A stretch of DNA of 64,000 nt, from positions 1,568,856 to 1,632,855 of the forward strand of contig OZ252295.1 of the NCBI GenBank assembly GCA_965250195.1. The letters are read 5' to 3'. The notes beneath the pieces were generated by a model. That model had not been told where the DNA came from and did not search any database. It saw nothing but the letters and a program-made list of their open reading frames with translations. Source of the stretch: Dehalococcoidia bacterium. GTDB lineage: Bacteria > Chloroflexota > Dehalococcoidia > Lucifugimonadales > UBA2962. The first letter of the stretch is position 1. Every line of letters starts with the position of its first letter. Position numbers and translations under genes: made by a program. This document shows positions 40,091 to 49,813 of this stretch, one piece after another.

Positions 40091-40594
40091 TCATGATGGG
40101 TATTTTATGGTGATTGACGAGGCCGAGGGGCCGAGCATGGCGATGAGCAACTTTTGATGGCGATGCTCCATCTCTCTTCGTTCCTCTGGCTCTTCGTGGT
40201 CGTGACCCATGAGGTGGAGTATGCCGTGCGCTAGCAAAAAGGCAAGTTCTTCGGCTGGCTCGCGTCCGTTCTGCGCAGCCTGCCTGGCCGACTGCGGCCC
40301 GGAGATGATGACTTCGCCTATTGAGCCCGCCTCTCCTACGTCGGGCGGCAGAACGAAGCCGGTCTCATTCGGGGCTGCGGAGAAAGACAGGACGTCGGTG
40401 GTCTCGTCCAGACCCCGGTGACGCAGGTTGAGCTCGCGCACGGTGTCGTCGTCGGTTATCACGATTTCTATGCCCGTGTCGCTCGGGAGTTTGAGGGTCG
40501 ACAGAGCCCGGTCGGCTATGTCGGCGAGCCAGCTCTCGGAGAGGACGCCGGGTTGGCCGGGGTGCACCGTAACTTTTGTCGGTCTACCGGGCAA
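40091..40594 (-). CDS. ybeY: rRNA maturation RNase YbeY
   Basis: TDVLSF and HGILHLMGHDH motifs. Confidence 0.93.
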   Translation of the reverse strand: MPGRPTKVTVHPGQPGVLSESWLADIADRALSTLKLPSDTGIEIVITDDDTVRELNLRHRGLDETTDVLSFSAAPNETGFVLPPDVGEAGSIGEVIISGPQSARQAAQNGREPAEELAFLLAHGILHLMGHDHEEPEERREMEHRHQKLLIAMLGPSASSITIKYPS

Positions 40595-40630
40595 TTGCGG
40601 GCTCCCTCTGTCCGGCGGGTCGGGTGGCCG

Positions 40631-41791
40631 CTAGGAGCAGAGGCGCACGTTCGCACCGTTGGTGCTCACGTGGTAGGTGTACGTCACGCCCAGGAGGGTC
40701 AGATCGACGGAGTAGCCCGCCGTCACGACCTGGATGTACGACTCGCCCTCGGTCGGGCAGCCGAGAGAGGCGTCTCCCCACTCGTCGGCCGTTACGCCGA
40801 TGAGGATGGGATCTTGCTCGTCAACCTCCAGCAGCGCCGCCAGGTCAACCCGAGCAGCGTCAGAGACGATCTGCTCATCGGAGCCGAGGGCGAATTGCAG
40901 GCCGCTGAGGCCGGTGTCGTCCGGGGCTTCGCCGGGCGACTGCAAGAACGCGAACAGGTCGCTGTCGGCCGGTAACACCACGGTGGCGTTGGTGGTGAGG
41001 AAGTTCTTGTACGCCTCCAGCGTGCGCTGGAACCGGTAGAACTCCGGGTCCTGCTCAAGAGCCGCGGCGAATATGGAAACGGCCTCCGCCTCGCCAATTC
41101 CTCGCAGGATGTTGGCGTCTCTTTCCGCTTCTGCCCGGATGATGGTCGCTCGCCTGTCCACGGTGGAGCGGATTTCCAAGTCTTGCTTGGCGCCCGCGGC
41201 CCGCTCGGCGTCGGCGATTCTCTTGCGCTCGGCCTGCATGCGGGCGTAAACGGCGGTGGCGATCTCGTTGGGGAAGTCGGCACGCTTGATGCGGACGTCG
41301 ACGGTCTGGATGCCGAACTCCGCCAACTTCGGTTTAACCGCCGTCTGCACCGCCGCCATGATCGCCTGGCGGTTGTTCTTGATGACGTCGATCTGGTCGT
41401 CGTTGGCGATTTGCTGGCGCAGCTCGGAAGCGACGATGTCGTTGCCTCGTGTCACGGCCCGCTGGGCGCTCTGGACGGTCTCGCGGAACAGGAGCGGATC
41501 GGTGATCCGGCCGATGGCGTAGGCATCGACTACCAGACGTCGCTTGTCGGCCGTGATGATGGCGTCCGGGTTGGCGTCGAAGAGCGTCAGGCGTTTTTCG
41601 TAGTAGGTGACGGTGTCGACGAAGGGCGTCTTGGTGTGCAGCCCGGGCTTGGTGATGGCCTGTTGCACCTCACCGAACCGGGTGACGATGGCGACCTGGG
41701 TCTCATCGACCGAGAAGAAGGCCTGAGGCCCCAGAATCCCTGTGAGGATGACCAGGACGAGGAACAGTATTGCGGCTCTGTTAAGGGTCAT
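40631..41791 (-). CDS. hflC: HflC (SPFH) with an extra C-terminal two-Cys domain
   Basis: N-terminal TM, VDVRIKRAD, RMQAER and DPEFYRFQRTLEAY; about 100-aa extension. Confidence 0.88.
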   Translation of the reverse strand: MTLNRAAILFLVLVILTGILGPQAFFSVDETQVAIVTRFGEVQQAITKPGLHTKTPFVDTVTYYEKRLTLFDANPDAIITADKRRLVVDAYAIGRITDPLLFRETVQSAQRAVTRGNDIVASELRQQIANDDQIDVIKNNRQAIMAAVQTAVKPKLAEFGIQTVDVRIKRADFPNEIATAVYARMQAERKRIADAERAAGAKQDLEIRSTVDRRATIIRAEAERDANILRGIGEAEAVSIFAAALEQDPEFYRFQRTLEAYKNFLTTNATVVLPADSDLFAFLQSPGEAPDDTGLSGLQFALGSDEQIVSDAARVDLAALLEVDEQDPILIGVTADEWGDASLGCPTEGESYIQVVTAGYSVDLTLLGVTYTYHVSTNGANVRLCS

Positions 41792-41794
41792 CGT

Positions 41795-42862
41795 CTACGG
41801 CTCCAACGGGCCGAAATTGCCGCCCGTGCCGTCGGTTCCTTCGTTTGTCAGGGGGAGGAATTGGAGCAGGTTGCCGCCCGATTCGTCGGCGATGATGTAC
41901 TTGGTGATGCCGGGCAGGATCTCTTCCATTGCCTCTAGGTAGAGCCGCTGCCGGGTCACGTCCTTCGACTTGCGGTACTCGGTCAGGACGGCGAGGAAGC
42001 GCTCGGACTGGCCCGTCGCGTCCGCGACCTTCTCCTGTTTGAAGGCCTCGGCCAACTCCAAGACGCGCTGTGCCTCGCCCTCGGCCCTGGGCAGGATGTC
42101 CGCCTCGTAGGCCTGGGCCAGGTTGACGATGCGGTCCTTGTCCTCACGGGCCCGGACGACGTCGTCGAATGCGTCCTGCACCTGCGAGGGAGGCCGGACG
42201 TTCTGCAGCTTGACCTCGGTGACGTTGATGCCCGTCTCGTAGACGTCTAAGAGACGCTGTAGCTCCGCCCGGGTGTCGGCCTGGACGGCCTCTTTCTCGG
42301 TGGTCAGCACGTCGTCGATGACGCGCTGGCCCACCACCAATCGCAGGGCGGACTCGGCGGCGCCCTTTATTACGGCACCCCCGGGATCAACCACCCGGAA
42401 AAGGAAGTTCTCGACGTCTTTTACGTTGTATTGCACCAGCAGCTGGACGTCAACGATGTTGGTGTCCCCGCTGATCATGAGCGACTCTACGGGGATAGGG
42501 GTGTTGCCCCGGATGCCCAGCTCCAGCCGCCTGATCTCGTCTACCTGGACGATGCTCTTGGTGCCGATGGGGGCAGGGAAGTACCAGTGCAGCCCCGGCT
42601 CGGTGCCACCGATGAAGCTATTCGACTCGCCTCGTTGGAAAATACCGAACTTGCGGAGTGCGGCCTGCTCGCCCGGCTGCACGGTGTAGAAACCGGTCGC
42701 GAGCCAGATGATGAAGGCCAGGGTGAAGATGCCGAAGATGAAGAGCCCCAGGCCCTTGCCGCGTACCGCGCCACCGCCACCGCGATTGCCGAATATCGAC
42801 CGGAGTTTTTCGGCCACCTGGTCGAAATTGATCTCCGGCTGTTCCTGCTGGTTGGGGTTCAT
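41795..42862 (-). CDS. hflK: HflK (SPFH) FtsH modulator
   Basis: LMISGDTNIVDV, VQDAFDDV and VTRQRLYLEAMEEIL motifs. Confidence 0.92.
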   Translation of the reverse strand: MNPNQQEQPEINFDQVAEKLRSIFGNRGGGGAVRGKGLGLFIFGIFTLAFIIWLATGFYTVQPGEQAALRKFGIFQRGESNSFIGGTEPGLHWYFPAPIGTKSIVQVDEIRRLELGIRGNTPIPVESLMISGDTNIVDVQLLVQYNVKDVENFLFRVVDPGGAVIKGAAESALRLVVGQRVIDDVLTTEKEAVQADTRAELQRLLDVYETGINVTEVKLQNVRPPSQVQDAFDDVVRAREDKDRIVNLAQAYEADILPRAEGEAQRVLELAEAFKQEKVADATGQSERFLAVLTEYRKSKDVTRQRLYLEAMEEILPGITKYIIADESGGNLLQFLPLTNEGTDGTGGNFGPLEP

Positions 42863-44412
42863 GAGTAAAAAGAGACGGCCCGCCGACCCGGCTCACCGGG
42901 TCCGACCATACTTGTTTCGTCCGACCGCCTAGGGTCCAGCGACGACGCAAAAGATGTTACCACGTTGTGAACTTCTTCTTTGTCTGGTTCGTCTGCTATG
43001 GACGACACGTCCCGGTCTGGTTCGTCTGCTATAGACGACACGCTCTCTGCCCTCAGGGCGTCGAGTTCGGCCAGGAAATCCGCGTAGCTTGAGATGGACG
43101 ACACCCGGTCGATAAACGAGCCCAGGTCGGGCGACAGGTCTCTATACTCTCGCACCTGGCCTCCAACGGGACTGGCCGACGCCCCGCTCTCGGCGTAGGT
43201 GCCGTTGAAGGCGAAGTACGCCTGGTTCAGCTTGCGTATGTTGAACCCGTTGGCCTCGAACACCCCTCGGCGCGCTTCCATATAAGCCTCGGCGTCGACT
43301 GTCTTGCCGTCCGCCAGCAGTTCGTCGGTCCGCAATCGCGTGACGCGCATTTCTGCCTGAAAATCAAAAGTTTTTTCTTTGTCTGGTTCGTCTGCAATAG
43401 ACGACACTCTGATGTCTCGTTCGTCCGCTGGTTGCTCAGGCCCGACAAGGCCGCCGAGCATTACGAATGCCCGGTCGCCCATCTCCCGTCCTATCAGGTC
43501 CGCGATAGTCTCGTTAAGTGTCTGCATTTCCCCCGAGTCGAACATGTTGAAGCCCAGCGGCCGGAAAAACAGGTAGTGGTGCAACCACTCGTGCGCCGCC
43601 AACTGGAGCGTCCACCTCAGACCCCTGTCGCTGAAGATGGAGGCCGGGTAGGTCGCCACTCCGCCGATGGGTATAACGAGCGCCGAGAGGTTTTGTTGGG
43701 CCTCCAGCGTTTCCTCGATGGCAACGCTTTCAGCGAGCGTTGTGCTGGGTCTCAGCAATGCTTCGTCGCCCCGCTCTATACGGTCACGAGGCGAGGTGAT
43801 CAGGGCGTAGGGCGGCCGGGTGAGCAAGAAGTCAACGGGCGGGAAGATGAGGCCGCCAATGGAAGAAAGGCCCTCCTCAACGATGACCGCGCTTATGATG
43901 CCCTCGAGCGTCTCCTCGACGTCGGCCCGCAGGCGCTCCCGGCTTCGGTCCAGGGCCTCCATCTGCGCTTTCAACTGCTCCAACTCAGCTTCGCTTTTTT
44001 CTCTTTTGCCTCTTCTCTCTCCGGCGTCCCCGTTCGCCAGCTCGTCTGCGATCGCCAGCTCATCCGCGATCGCCGCTCGGGCGGCCGTCAGGGCGAAGTA
44101 ATCGTCCACTTTCTGCGCTTTCTCGTCGGGAGTATCGGAGGCCCAGGGGAACACGGAGACGGCCCGGTGAACCCACTTGTCGAGGAAATTGGACAGCTCC
44201 CACTGCACCAGGCTGTAGAGGTGGGGGGATGCGACTCGCTCGGCGACGTTGAGCCGCAATACGTCGGCGGTAAAAAGTATCGAGGACAAAAGCAGCAAGA
44301 TCAGCAACGCCTTGGCGCCCTTCGAAAGAAAACTGCGCAATCGAAGTTTGGGACCCAGGCGCGGCCAACCCAGGCGGGGCCGAGTGCTAGACTCTGTGCT
44401 CTGAATTTCCAT
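42859..44412 (-). CDS. Membrane-anchored hypothetical protein with HExxH zinc-peptidase motif
   Basis: N-terminal TM, coiled-coil, AHEWLHH and downstream LNE; stop overlaps the hflK ATG. Confidence 0.65.
   Translation of the reverse strand: MEIQSTESSTRPRLGWPRLGPKLRLRSFLSKGAKALLILLLLSSILFTADVLRLNVAERVASPHLYSLVQWELSNFLDKWVHRAVSVFPWASDTPDEKAQKVDDYFALTAARAAIADELAIADELANGDAGERRGKREKSEAELEQLKAQMEALDRSRERLRADVEETLEGIISAVIVEEGLSSIGGLIFPPVDFLLTRPPYALITSPRDRIERGDEALLRPSTTLAESVAIEETLEAQQNLSALVIPIGGVATYPASIFSDRGLRWTLQLAAHEWLHHYLFFRPLGFNMFDSGEMQTLNETIADLIGREMGDRAFVMLGGLVGPEQPADERDIRVSSIADEPDKEKTFDFQAEMRVTRLRTDELLADGKTVDAEAYMEARRGVFEANGFNIRKLNQAYFAFNGTYAESGASASPVGGQVREYRDLSPDLGSFIDRVSSISSYADFLAELDALRAESVSSIADEPDRDVSSIADEPDKEEVHNVVTSFASSLDPRRSDETSMVGPGEPGRRAVSFYS
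42982..43407. repeat. 27-bp element in three copies encoding VSSIADEPD
   Basis: GTCTGGTTCGTCTGCWATRGACGACAC at 42982-43008, 43015-43041 and 43381-43407. Confidence 0.9.
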
Positions 44413-44490
44413 AGGCGTACCTATTTTATAAATACGCTCCCGCGCTAATAACGGTGTTGCCGGAAACACCCTATATAGGAGGACCGGACC

Positions 44491-45537
44491 GTGAGCCTAT
44501 CCATTTGTTTTGTGGGATGCGGCGAGTACGCCAAAGACGTGCTGGACCAGATCGACGCCGGTAAGCCGGACGGCATGGCGGTAGACGACATTGAGCTGTA
44601 CTTCGCCAGCCGGGACGTGAGCAAGGCCGAGCAGTTCTGCAAACAGTACGGCGGCGTCGGCTTTTTCGGTTCTTACGAGGAGGCAGCAGCAGACGCACGA
44701 GTGGACGCGCTCTACTTCTTGACCCCCCATCACCTGCATTTGGAGGGCGCTCAGCTGGCTGTCAAGCATGGCAAGCAGGTCCTGATGGAAAAGCCCATCG
44801 GCCGCTATCCGGACGAGGCACGGGAACTGATCGAGACGGTCCGGGCCGCCGGGCTGACGCTGATGATCGCCGAGAACTTCCGCTTCGTGCCGACGGTGCT
44901 CAAGGCCAAGGAGCTGATAGAAGAAGGCGCCATCGGCGACGCGCGGCTGGTGCAGGTGCAACGTGAACTCGACGTCTTTACCGGGGGCGTCTTCGGTTCG
45001 GCGGACAATTTTGCCGCCGACGAGTGGCGCAATGACCCGGAGAAGGCCGGGGGAGGCCTGTTTCAGGACGGCGGCATCCATGACGTGGACGCCATGGTGA
45101 ATCTGGGGGGCATGCCGACTACCGTCTACGCGGTCGTACCGACGGGCGACTCGGAACGGGCCGAGCGCCGTCAAGAGGACGGCATGGTGCTGACCGGGAC
45201 GACGGCCGAAGGCACGATCGGGTTGATCCAGTTCTCGTTCGCCACGCCCATCCAGGGCTACCGGGACAACGTGTGGGTGACGGGCTCGGCCGGGATGCTC
45301 AGCTTCGCCACCTTTGGGACCGAGGTGACGGTGGACACGCCGGATGGGACGCGAGTCATCGGCACCGGCGATCACCGCAAGGGGATGGTGGGCATTTTCG
45401 AGGAATTCCGTGACGCCGTCGCAGAGGGCAGGGAGCCGCTGATGTCGGGAACCGAGGCGCTCAACGACCTGAACGTGGTGATGGCCGCCTACGAGTCGGT
45501 CAAGACGGGGCAGGCAGCGCCCGTGGTGAACGACTGA
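44491..45537 (+). CDS. Gfo/Idh/MocA family oxidoreductase
   Basis: VGCG, TPHHLH, MEKP and GGGLFQDGGIHDVD motifs. Confidence 0.9.
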   Translation: MSLSICFVGCGEYAKDVLDQIDAGKPDGMAVDDIELYFASRDVSKAEQFCKQYGGVGFFGSYEEAAADARVDALYFLTPHHLHLEGAQLAVKHGKQVLMEKPIGRYPDEARELIETVRAAGLTLMIAENFRFVPTVLKAKELIEEGAIGDARLVQVQRELDVFTGGVFGSADNFAADEWRNDPEKAGGGLFQDGGIHDVDAMVNLGGMPTTVYAVVPTGDSERAERRQEDGMVLTGTTAEGTIGLIQFSFATPIQGYRDNVWVTGSAGMLSFATFGTEVTVDTPDGTRVIGTGDHRKGMVGIFEEFRDAVAEGREPLMSGTEALNDLNVVMAAYESVKTGQAAPVVND

Positions 45538-45600
45538 GGCGTTTCGCCTGATTGACGCGAGGCCTTTTTGTCGGCCCGCAGGCGCGCTAGCGCTGGCGCC

Positions 45601-46305
45601 CTAACCGCGGCGAAATAGTGACAGGAACCGGTCCTGGTAGTGGTCGAACAGGCCCCAGCGGTCCAACTCGGCCTTCAGGCTGTCCCTGTCGCCGCCGCGC
45701 TCGGCCTGGCCAAACAATCGCTCGATGTCGTTGACGGCGGACCGGGGCGCACCCCCGAACGCCGCTTGGGGGTCCAGAAGGCCACGAGCTGACATTTCGC
45801 CGAGGTTGCCCTGGGCGGAGCGGGAAGTGAACTCGTAGATGAACTTGAGCAGCGCCACGTCCCACCATTCGTCAACACCGACCATCACGACGGACAGGTT
45901 CTCCTTGCGCTCGTCGAGGTCGTCGGAGATGCGGTGGGCGATCTCCGAGGCGTCCCCGGAGACGATGTCCATGTTTTCGGCGCTGTTTTTGTAGCGGTAC
46001 AAGATGCCGGGGTGATTGGGTCCGTATGTAGACGAGGCATGACTGAGGTACTCGTAGGCCTCGGGGCTGAAGCCCTCCAGGTTCATTGCGTATGTGGGCG
46101 TGACTATTGCGGGCTTCTCGGCGATGACCCGGCCCTTTCGCACCACACCCTCGGCCTTGTCGGGCACCATCTCCCGGTAGATGGGCTCGGTCACCACGTA
46201 ATAAGAGATATTGGTGACTCCGAAGGTGGCGAGGTGCTGCTTGGGATAGCGCACGACCCAAGTCTGCTCGACCGCGCGCATCCAGTCCCGTTGGTCTTCT
46301 ATCAC
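45601..46305 (-). CDS. Conserved hypothetical protein (probably leaderless mRNA)
   Basis: 234-aa ORF with globular composition; TATAAT 6 nt upstream of the GTG start. Confidence 0.7.
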   Translation of the reverse strand: MIEDQRDWMRAVEQTWVVRYPKQHLATFGVTNISYYVVTEPIYREMVPDKAEGVVRKGRVIAEKPAIVTPTYAMNLEGFSPEAYEYLSHASSTYGPNHPGILYRYKNSAENMDIVSGDASEIAHRISDDLDERKENLSVVMVGVDEWWDVALLKFIYEFTSRSAQGNLGEMSARGLLDPQAAFGGAPRSAVNDIERLFGQAERGGDRDSLKAELDRWGLFDHYQDRFLSLFRRG

Positions 46306-46380
46306 CTACCGATTATAGCTCTGGCCCATTGCGGTTATAGGGAGGAAGCACCGGGCCTATAATGCACAAACGTTCTAATT

Positions 46381-46683
46381 ATGTTTGTTGCCGTAGCCTC
46401 CATCACTCTGCACATTCCGGAGAGCCACAGCCTTAAGGCCAAGCGCTGGGTGGTGCGGTCCCTGATAGAGCGCATCCGGGCAAGGTTCGATGTCTCGGTC
46501 GCCGAGACCGGGGGGCAGGGGAACTGGCAGAGCGCGAGCGTCGGCGTGGCCTGCGTCAGCGGGTCGGCCGAGATGGCGGAGGAGGTCGTGGGGCGGGTGC
46601 TGGCGTTCGTGGACTCGTCGTCGGCCGAGTTCGAGATGATAGAACGGCACATCGAGACGATGTCGGGCTTCGATCGCGCTTGA
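46381..46683 (+). CDS. DUF503 (YlxP-like) protein
   Basis: SHSLKAKR...RFDVSVAE...W...GVACVS pattern. Confidence 0.85.
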   Translation: MFVAVASITLHIPESHSLKAKRWVVRSLIERIRARFDVSVAETGGQGNWQSASVGVACVSGSAEMAEEVVGRVLAFVDSSSAEFEMIERHIETMSGFDRA

Positions 46684-46693
46684 ACGCTCCGTT

Positions 46694-48979
46694 TTGAATA
46701 CTGGAGCCTTTCTCGAACACGTTCGGTCGCTGCCGTGGTACCGGGAGCAGATGACTCACGTCGAGGACATCCCGGCTCGTGAGCCGACATCCGGTGAACG
46801 GGCGCGACTGTTGCTGCCCGACTTGCAGGCGCGCCTGGACGATCAGGGCATCGCGGGGCTGTACTCCCACCAGGCCGAGGCTATCGACGCCGCACGGCGG
46901 GGCACCCACGTGATCGTCGCCACACCGGCCGCCTCCGGCAAGAGCCTGTGTTATCACTTGCCGGTGCTGGAGGCGCTGCTGGAGGATCGGTCGGCCACGG
47001 CGATGTATCTGTTTCCCACGAAGGCTCTCGCGCAAGATCAGGCCGCGGGGCTGGAACGCCTGACGCCCGAGAGGGCGAGGCTGCATAGCGGCGTATTCGA
47101 CGGGGATACGCCCCGGGACGCCAGGGGCCAGATTCGGCGCAGCGCCAGGGTGGTGATCACCAACCCGGACATGCTGCACATGGGCATGCTGCCCAATCAC
47201 CGCAACTGGTATCGGCTTTTTCGCAACCTGCGCTACGTGGTGATAGACGAGGCACACGTTTACCGGGGAGTCTTCGGCTCGCACGTGGCCAACGTGATCC
47301 GACGGCTGCGCCGCCTGTGCGCCCGCTTCGGTGCGGAGCCGACGTTCATCTTGTGCTCGGCGACGATCTCCAACCCGGCAGAGTACGCCGAGCGATTGTT
47401 GGGCCTGCCGGTGGCTGCGATAGAGACAGACGGCGCACCCTACGGCGGCAAGGATTTCGTGCTGTGGAACCCGCCCCAGATCGATATGGACGCCGGGGCC
47501 AAGCGGCGTACTACCAATACGGACGCCTCGCTGCTGATGACGGAGCTGCTCAAGCGCCGGGTCCGCACGCTGACGTTCGTGCGCTCCCGGCGGATGGCCG
47601 AGCTGTTGTATGTGTACGTCAGGGACCAGTTGAAATCCACCGTCCCCGAACTGGCCAAGAAGCTGGCGCCGTACCGGGCGAGTTATCTCGCGGAGGACAG
47701 GCGAAAGATCGAACGCGACCTGTTCTCGGGTAAGTTGCTCGGCCTCACTTCTACTACAGCAATGGAGCTTGGCATCGACGTGGGCGACCTGGACGCTACC
47801 ATCCTCACCGGCTACCCAGGCAGCTTCGCCTCGACCTGGCAGCAGGCCGGTCGCAGCGGCCGACGCGGCGAGCGTGCTCTCACTGTGCTGGTGACCCAAG
47901 ACGACCCGCTGGACCAGTATCTGATGCGCAACCCGTCGATGTTTTTCGGCAAGCCGTCGGAGGCGGTGCGTATCTCCCCCACCAACCCGTTCGTGCTCAA
48001 GCCGCACCTGCTGTGCGCCGCCTACGAGGCCCCGCTTACGCCGGAGGACGCCGATCTATTCGATACTGATATCACGGTAGAAGCTGACGAGCTGGTCGGC
48101 GATGGGCTGCTGCACAGGTCGGGAGAAAAGTGGCACCTGGAGCCGGAGGTGGACTTCCCGGCTGAGTCGGTCAACATCCGCTCTACGTCCTCTAGCTTTT
48201 TCACGCTGGTGGATAGAGATAGCGGCGCGATATTGGAGACGGTGCAGGAGGCGTCGGCCATGCTCCAACTCCATCCGGGGGCAGTGTATTTACACAAGGG
48301 CGAACCGTACGTCGTCGCCGACCTAGACCTGGAGACGAAGGTGGCCAGGGCGTTTCGCAGCGAGGTGGAATACTACACGCAGCCGTCGGACGTTACCGAG
48401 ACCCGCATTCTTCAAGAGTTCAAGGACAAGCCCGCCGGTCGCACGACGGCGCGTCTGGGCGAGGTCAACGTGACTACGACTGTCACCGGCTTCAGGCGGC
48501 TGTCACCGTTGTCAGGAGAGGTGCTGGGCGAAGAGTATGTCGAACTGCCGCCGCGCAAGTTCAACACGGTCGGCCTGTGGTTCGGCGTGCCGCCCGACAC
48601 GCTGCGCCAGGCACAAGCCGAAAAACTCGACCTGGCCGGGGCGCTGCATGCGATCGAGCACGCGGCTATCGGCGTGCTCCCGCTGTTCGCGATGTGCGAC
48701 CGCAACGACATCGGCGGCATATCGACGCCGCTGCACCCGGACACGGGCAGGCCGCAGGTGTTCATTTACGACGGGACTCCCGGAGGGGTTGGAATCGCCG
48801 AGCACGGCTACGACATCATCGAAGGCCTGTGGAAGGTGACGCTTGACGTGATCGCCGGGTGCGGGTGTGACGAGGGCTGTCCTGGCTGCATCCACTCGCC
48901 GAAATGCGGGTCGGGGAATCGGCCGCTGGACAAGGGCGGGGCCGTGACCATACTCCGAGGTATTCTCGGTCAGACGTAG
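46694..48979 (+). CDS. SF2 DEAH helicase with DUF1998 (YprA/MrfA/SftH-like)
   Basis: ASGKS, DEAH, SAT, ELGIDVG, QQAGRSGR and terminal CGCDEGCPGC. Confidence 0.92.
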   Translation: MNTGAFLEHVRSLPWYREQMTHVEDIPAREPTSGERARLLLPDLQARLDDQGIAGLYSHQAEAIDAARRGTHVIVATPAASGKSLCYHLPVLEALLEDRSATAMYLFPTKALAQDQAAGLERLTPERARLHSGVFDGDTPRDARGQIRRSARVVITNPDMLHMGMLPNHRNWYRLFRNLRYVVIDEAHVYRGVFGSHVANVIRRLRRLCARFGAEPTFILCSATISNPAEYAERLLGLPVAAIETDGAPYGGKDFVLWNPPQIDMDAGAKRRTTNTDASLLMTELLKRRVRTLTFVRSRRMAELLYVYVRDQLKSTVPELAKKLAPYRASYLAEDRRKIERDLFSGKLLGLTSTTAMELGIDVGDLDATILTGYPGSFASTWQQAGRSGRRGERALTVLVTQDDPLDQYLMRNPSMFFGKPSEAVRISPTNPFVLKPHLLCAAYEAPLTPEDADLFDTDITVEADELVGDGLLHRSGEKWHLEPEVDFPAESVNIRSTSSSFFTLVDRDSGAILETVQEASAMLQLHPGAVYLHKGEPYVVADLDLETKVARAFRSEVEYYTQPSDVTETRILQEFKDKPAGRTTARLGEVNVTTTVTGFRRLSPLSGEVLGEEYVELPPRKFNTVGLWFGVPPDTLRQAQAEKLDLAGALHAIEHAAIGVLPLFAMCDRNDIGGISTPLHPDTGRPQVFIYDGTPGGVGIAEHGYDIIEGLWKVTLDVIAGCGCDEGCPGCIHSPKCGSGNRPLDKGGAVTILRGILGQT

Positions 48980-49046
48980 CCTGGGGCCGACGCCCTGCGT
49001 CCGGCCCCGATGCGGTGGAGGGCCAGTGTGCTGTTATGTGGGCCCG

Positions 49047-49055
49047 TGCTATCCT
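49047..49055 (+). promoter_or_regulatory. Extended -10 box of tRNA-Pro
   Basis: TGCTATCCT 11 nt before the tRNA. Confidence 0.45.
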
Positions 49056-49066
49056 TCAGATACGGT

Positions 49067-49143
49067 CGGGGTGTGGCGCAGCATGGTAGCGCACCTGCCT
49101 GGGGGGCAGGGGGTCGCCGGTTCGAATCCGGCCACCCCGACCA
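49067..49143 (+). tRNA. tRNA-Pro(GGG) with encoded CCA
   Basis: CGGGGTG...CCTGC-CTGGGGG-GCAGG...GCCGG-TTCGAAT-CCGGC-CACCCCG-ACCA cloverleaf. Confidence 0.97.
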
Positions 49144-49162
49144 CCGTTAGTACAGTCTTTAG

Positions 49163-49193
49163 ACGGCTCGCCACCCGGCGGGCCGTTTTCTTT
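49163..49193 (+). terminator. Rho-independent terminator after tRNA-Pro
   Basis: ACGGCTCGCC-ACCC-GGCGGGCCGT followed by TTTCTTT. Confidence 0.75.
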
Positions 49194-49214
49194 GTGGACC
49201 CCGATTCACCGGCT

Positions 49215-49500
49215 TGATGGCAACACTGACGGCAACCGGGCTCCAAAACGCCTGAACCCCAGAGAGTCCATGGCCTGTCCTTGCTCCCCTCCTGACTTTG
49301 AAGTGGGGGAGGGGGTGCGTACCTTCCTCGAAACAGGACCAACCGGTCAACCGCTGAGAGTGAGCGCGTGCCAAAGGCTCTCCTGGGTTGCGCGACCGTT
49401 GCCCGCCCCACGGCAACCGTGGGCAACCGTTCAACCGCAAAGCCTCTCTGGCCCCGCCGGTTGGGCCTGGGGGCACCCCTATTTATCTAGATGTGCCCCC
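49215..49500. repeat. Cluster of short GGCAAC-core direct repeats and an 8-bp inverted repeat
   Basis: TGAYGGCAAC x2 (49215, 49227); NGGCAACCGT x2 (49411, 49421); GGGGGCAC-N16-GTGCCCCC (49469-49500). Confidence 0.7.
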
Positions 49501-49813
49501 TCGCACGAAAGTTTTGATTTTTTTCACCGCTCACACCGCGGGGGAGCCGACGCGCCAGCCCATAAAGGCACGACCGGTTGAGCCAGGGCGGGGCCTTATA
49601 GGGGCTAGGAATTGCAAACGATACGGGCACGATTCGATCCCGGTGACCTCTGATATTCATGGCCGCCTGTTTACAACGGCGCAGTCACAGTGAGCGAAGA
49701 GTATTGATATACAGCTGGCAGGGGGTTTCGGCTTCTGATGGGTCAGGTGCGTCGACAGGTCGAGTGTATGATCTGGCCAGTTGTGACGGACGCCGTGGTA
49801 GCTGGAGGCGACA

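Noticed and set aside
46694..48979. DUF1998 helicase as part of a DISARM/Druantia-type defence system
   Set aside because: It is a single helicase-DUF1998 fusion of the YprA/MrfA repair type, with no methylase, DrmA/DrmD or PLD neighbours
49200..49760. CRISPR array or protein-coding gene downstream of tRNA-Pro
   Set aside because: The repeats are 10 bp or shorter with no regular spacers, and the ORFs have no credible composition or SD
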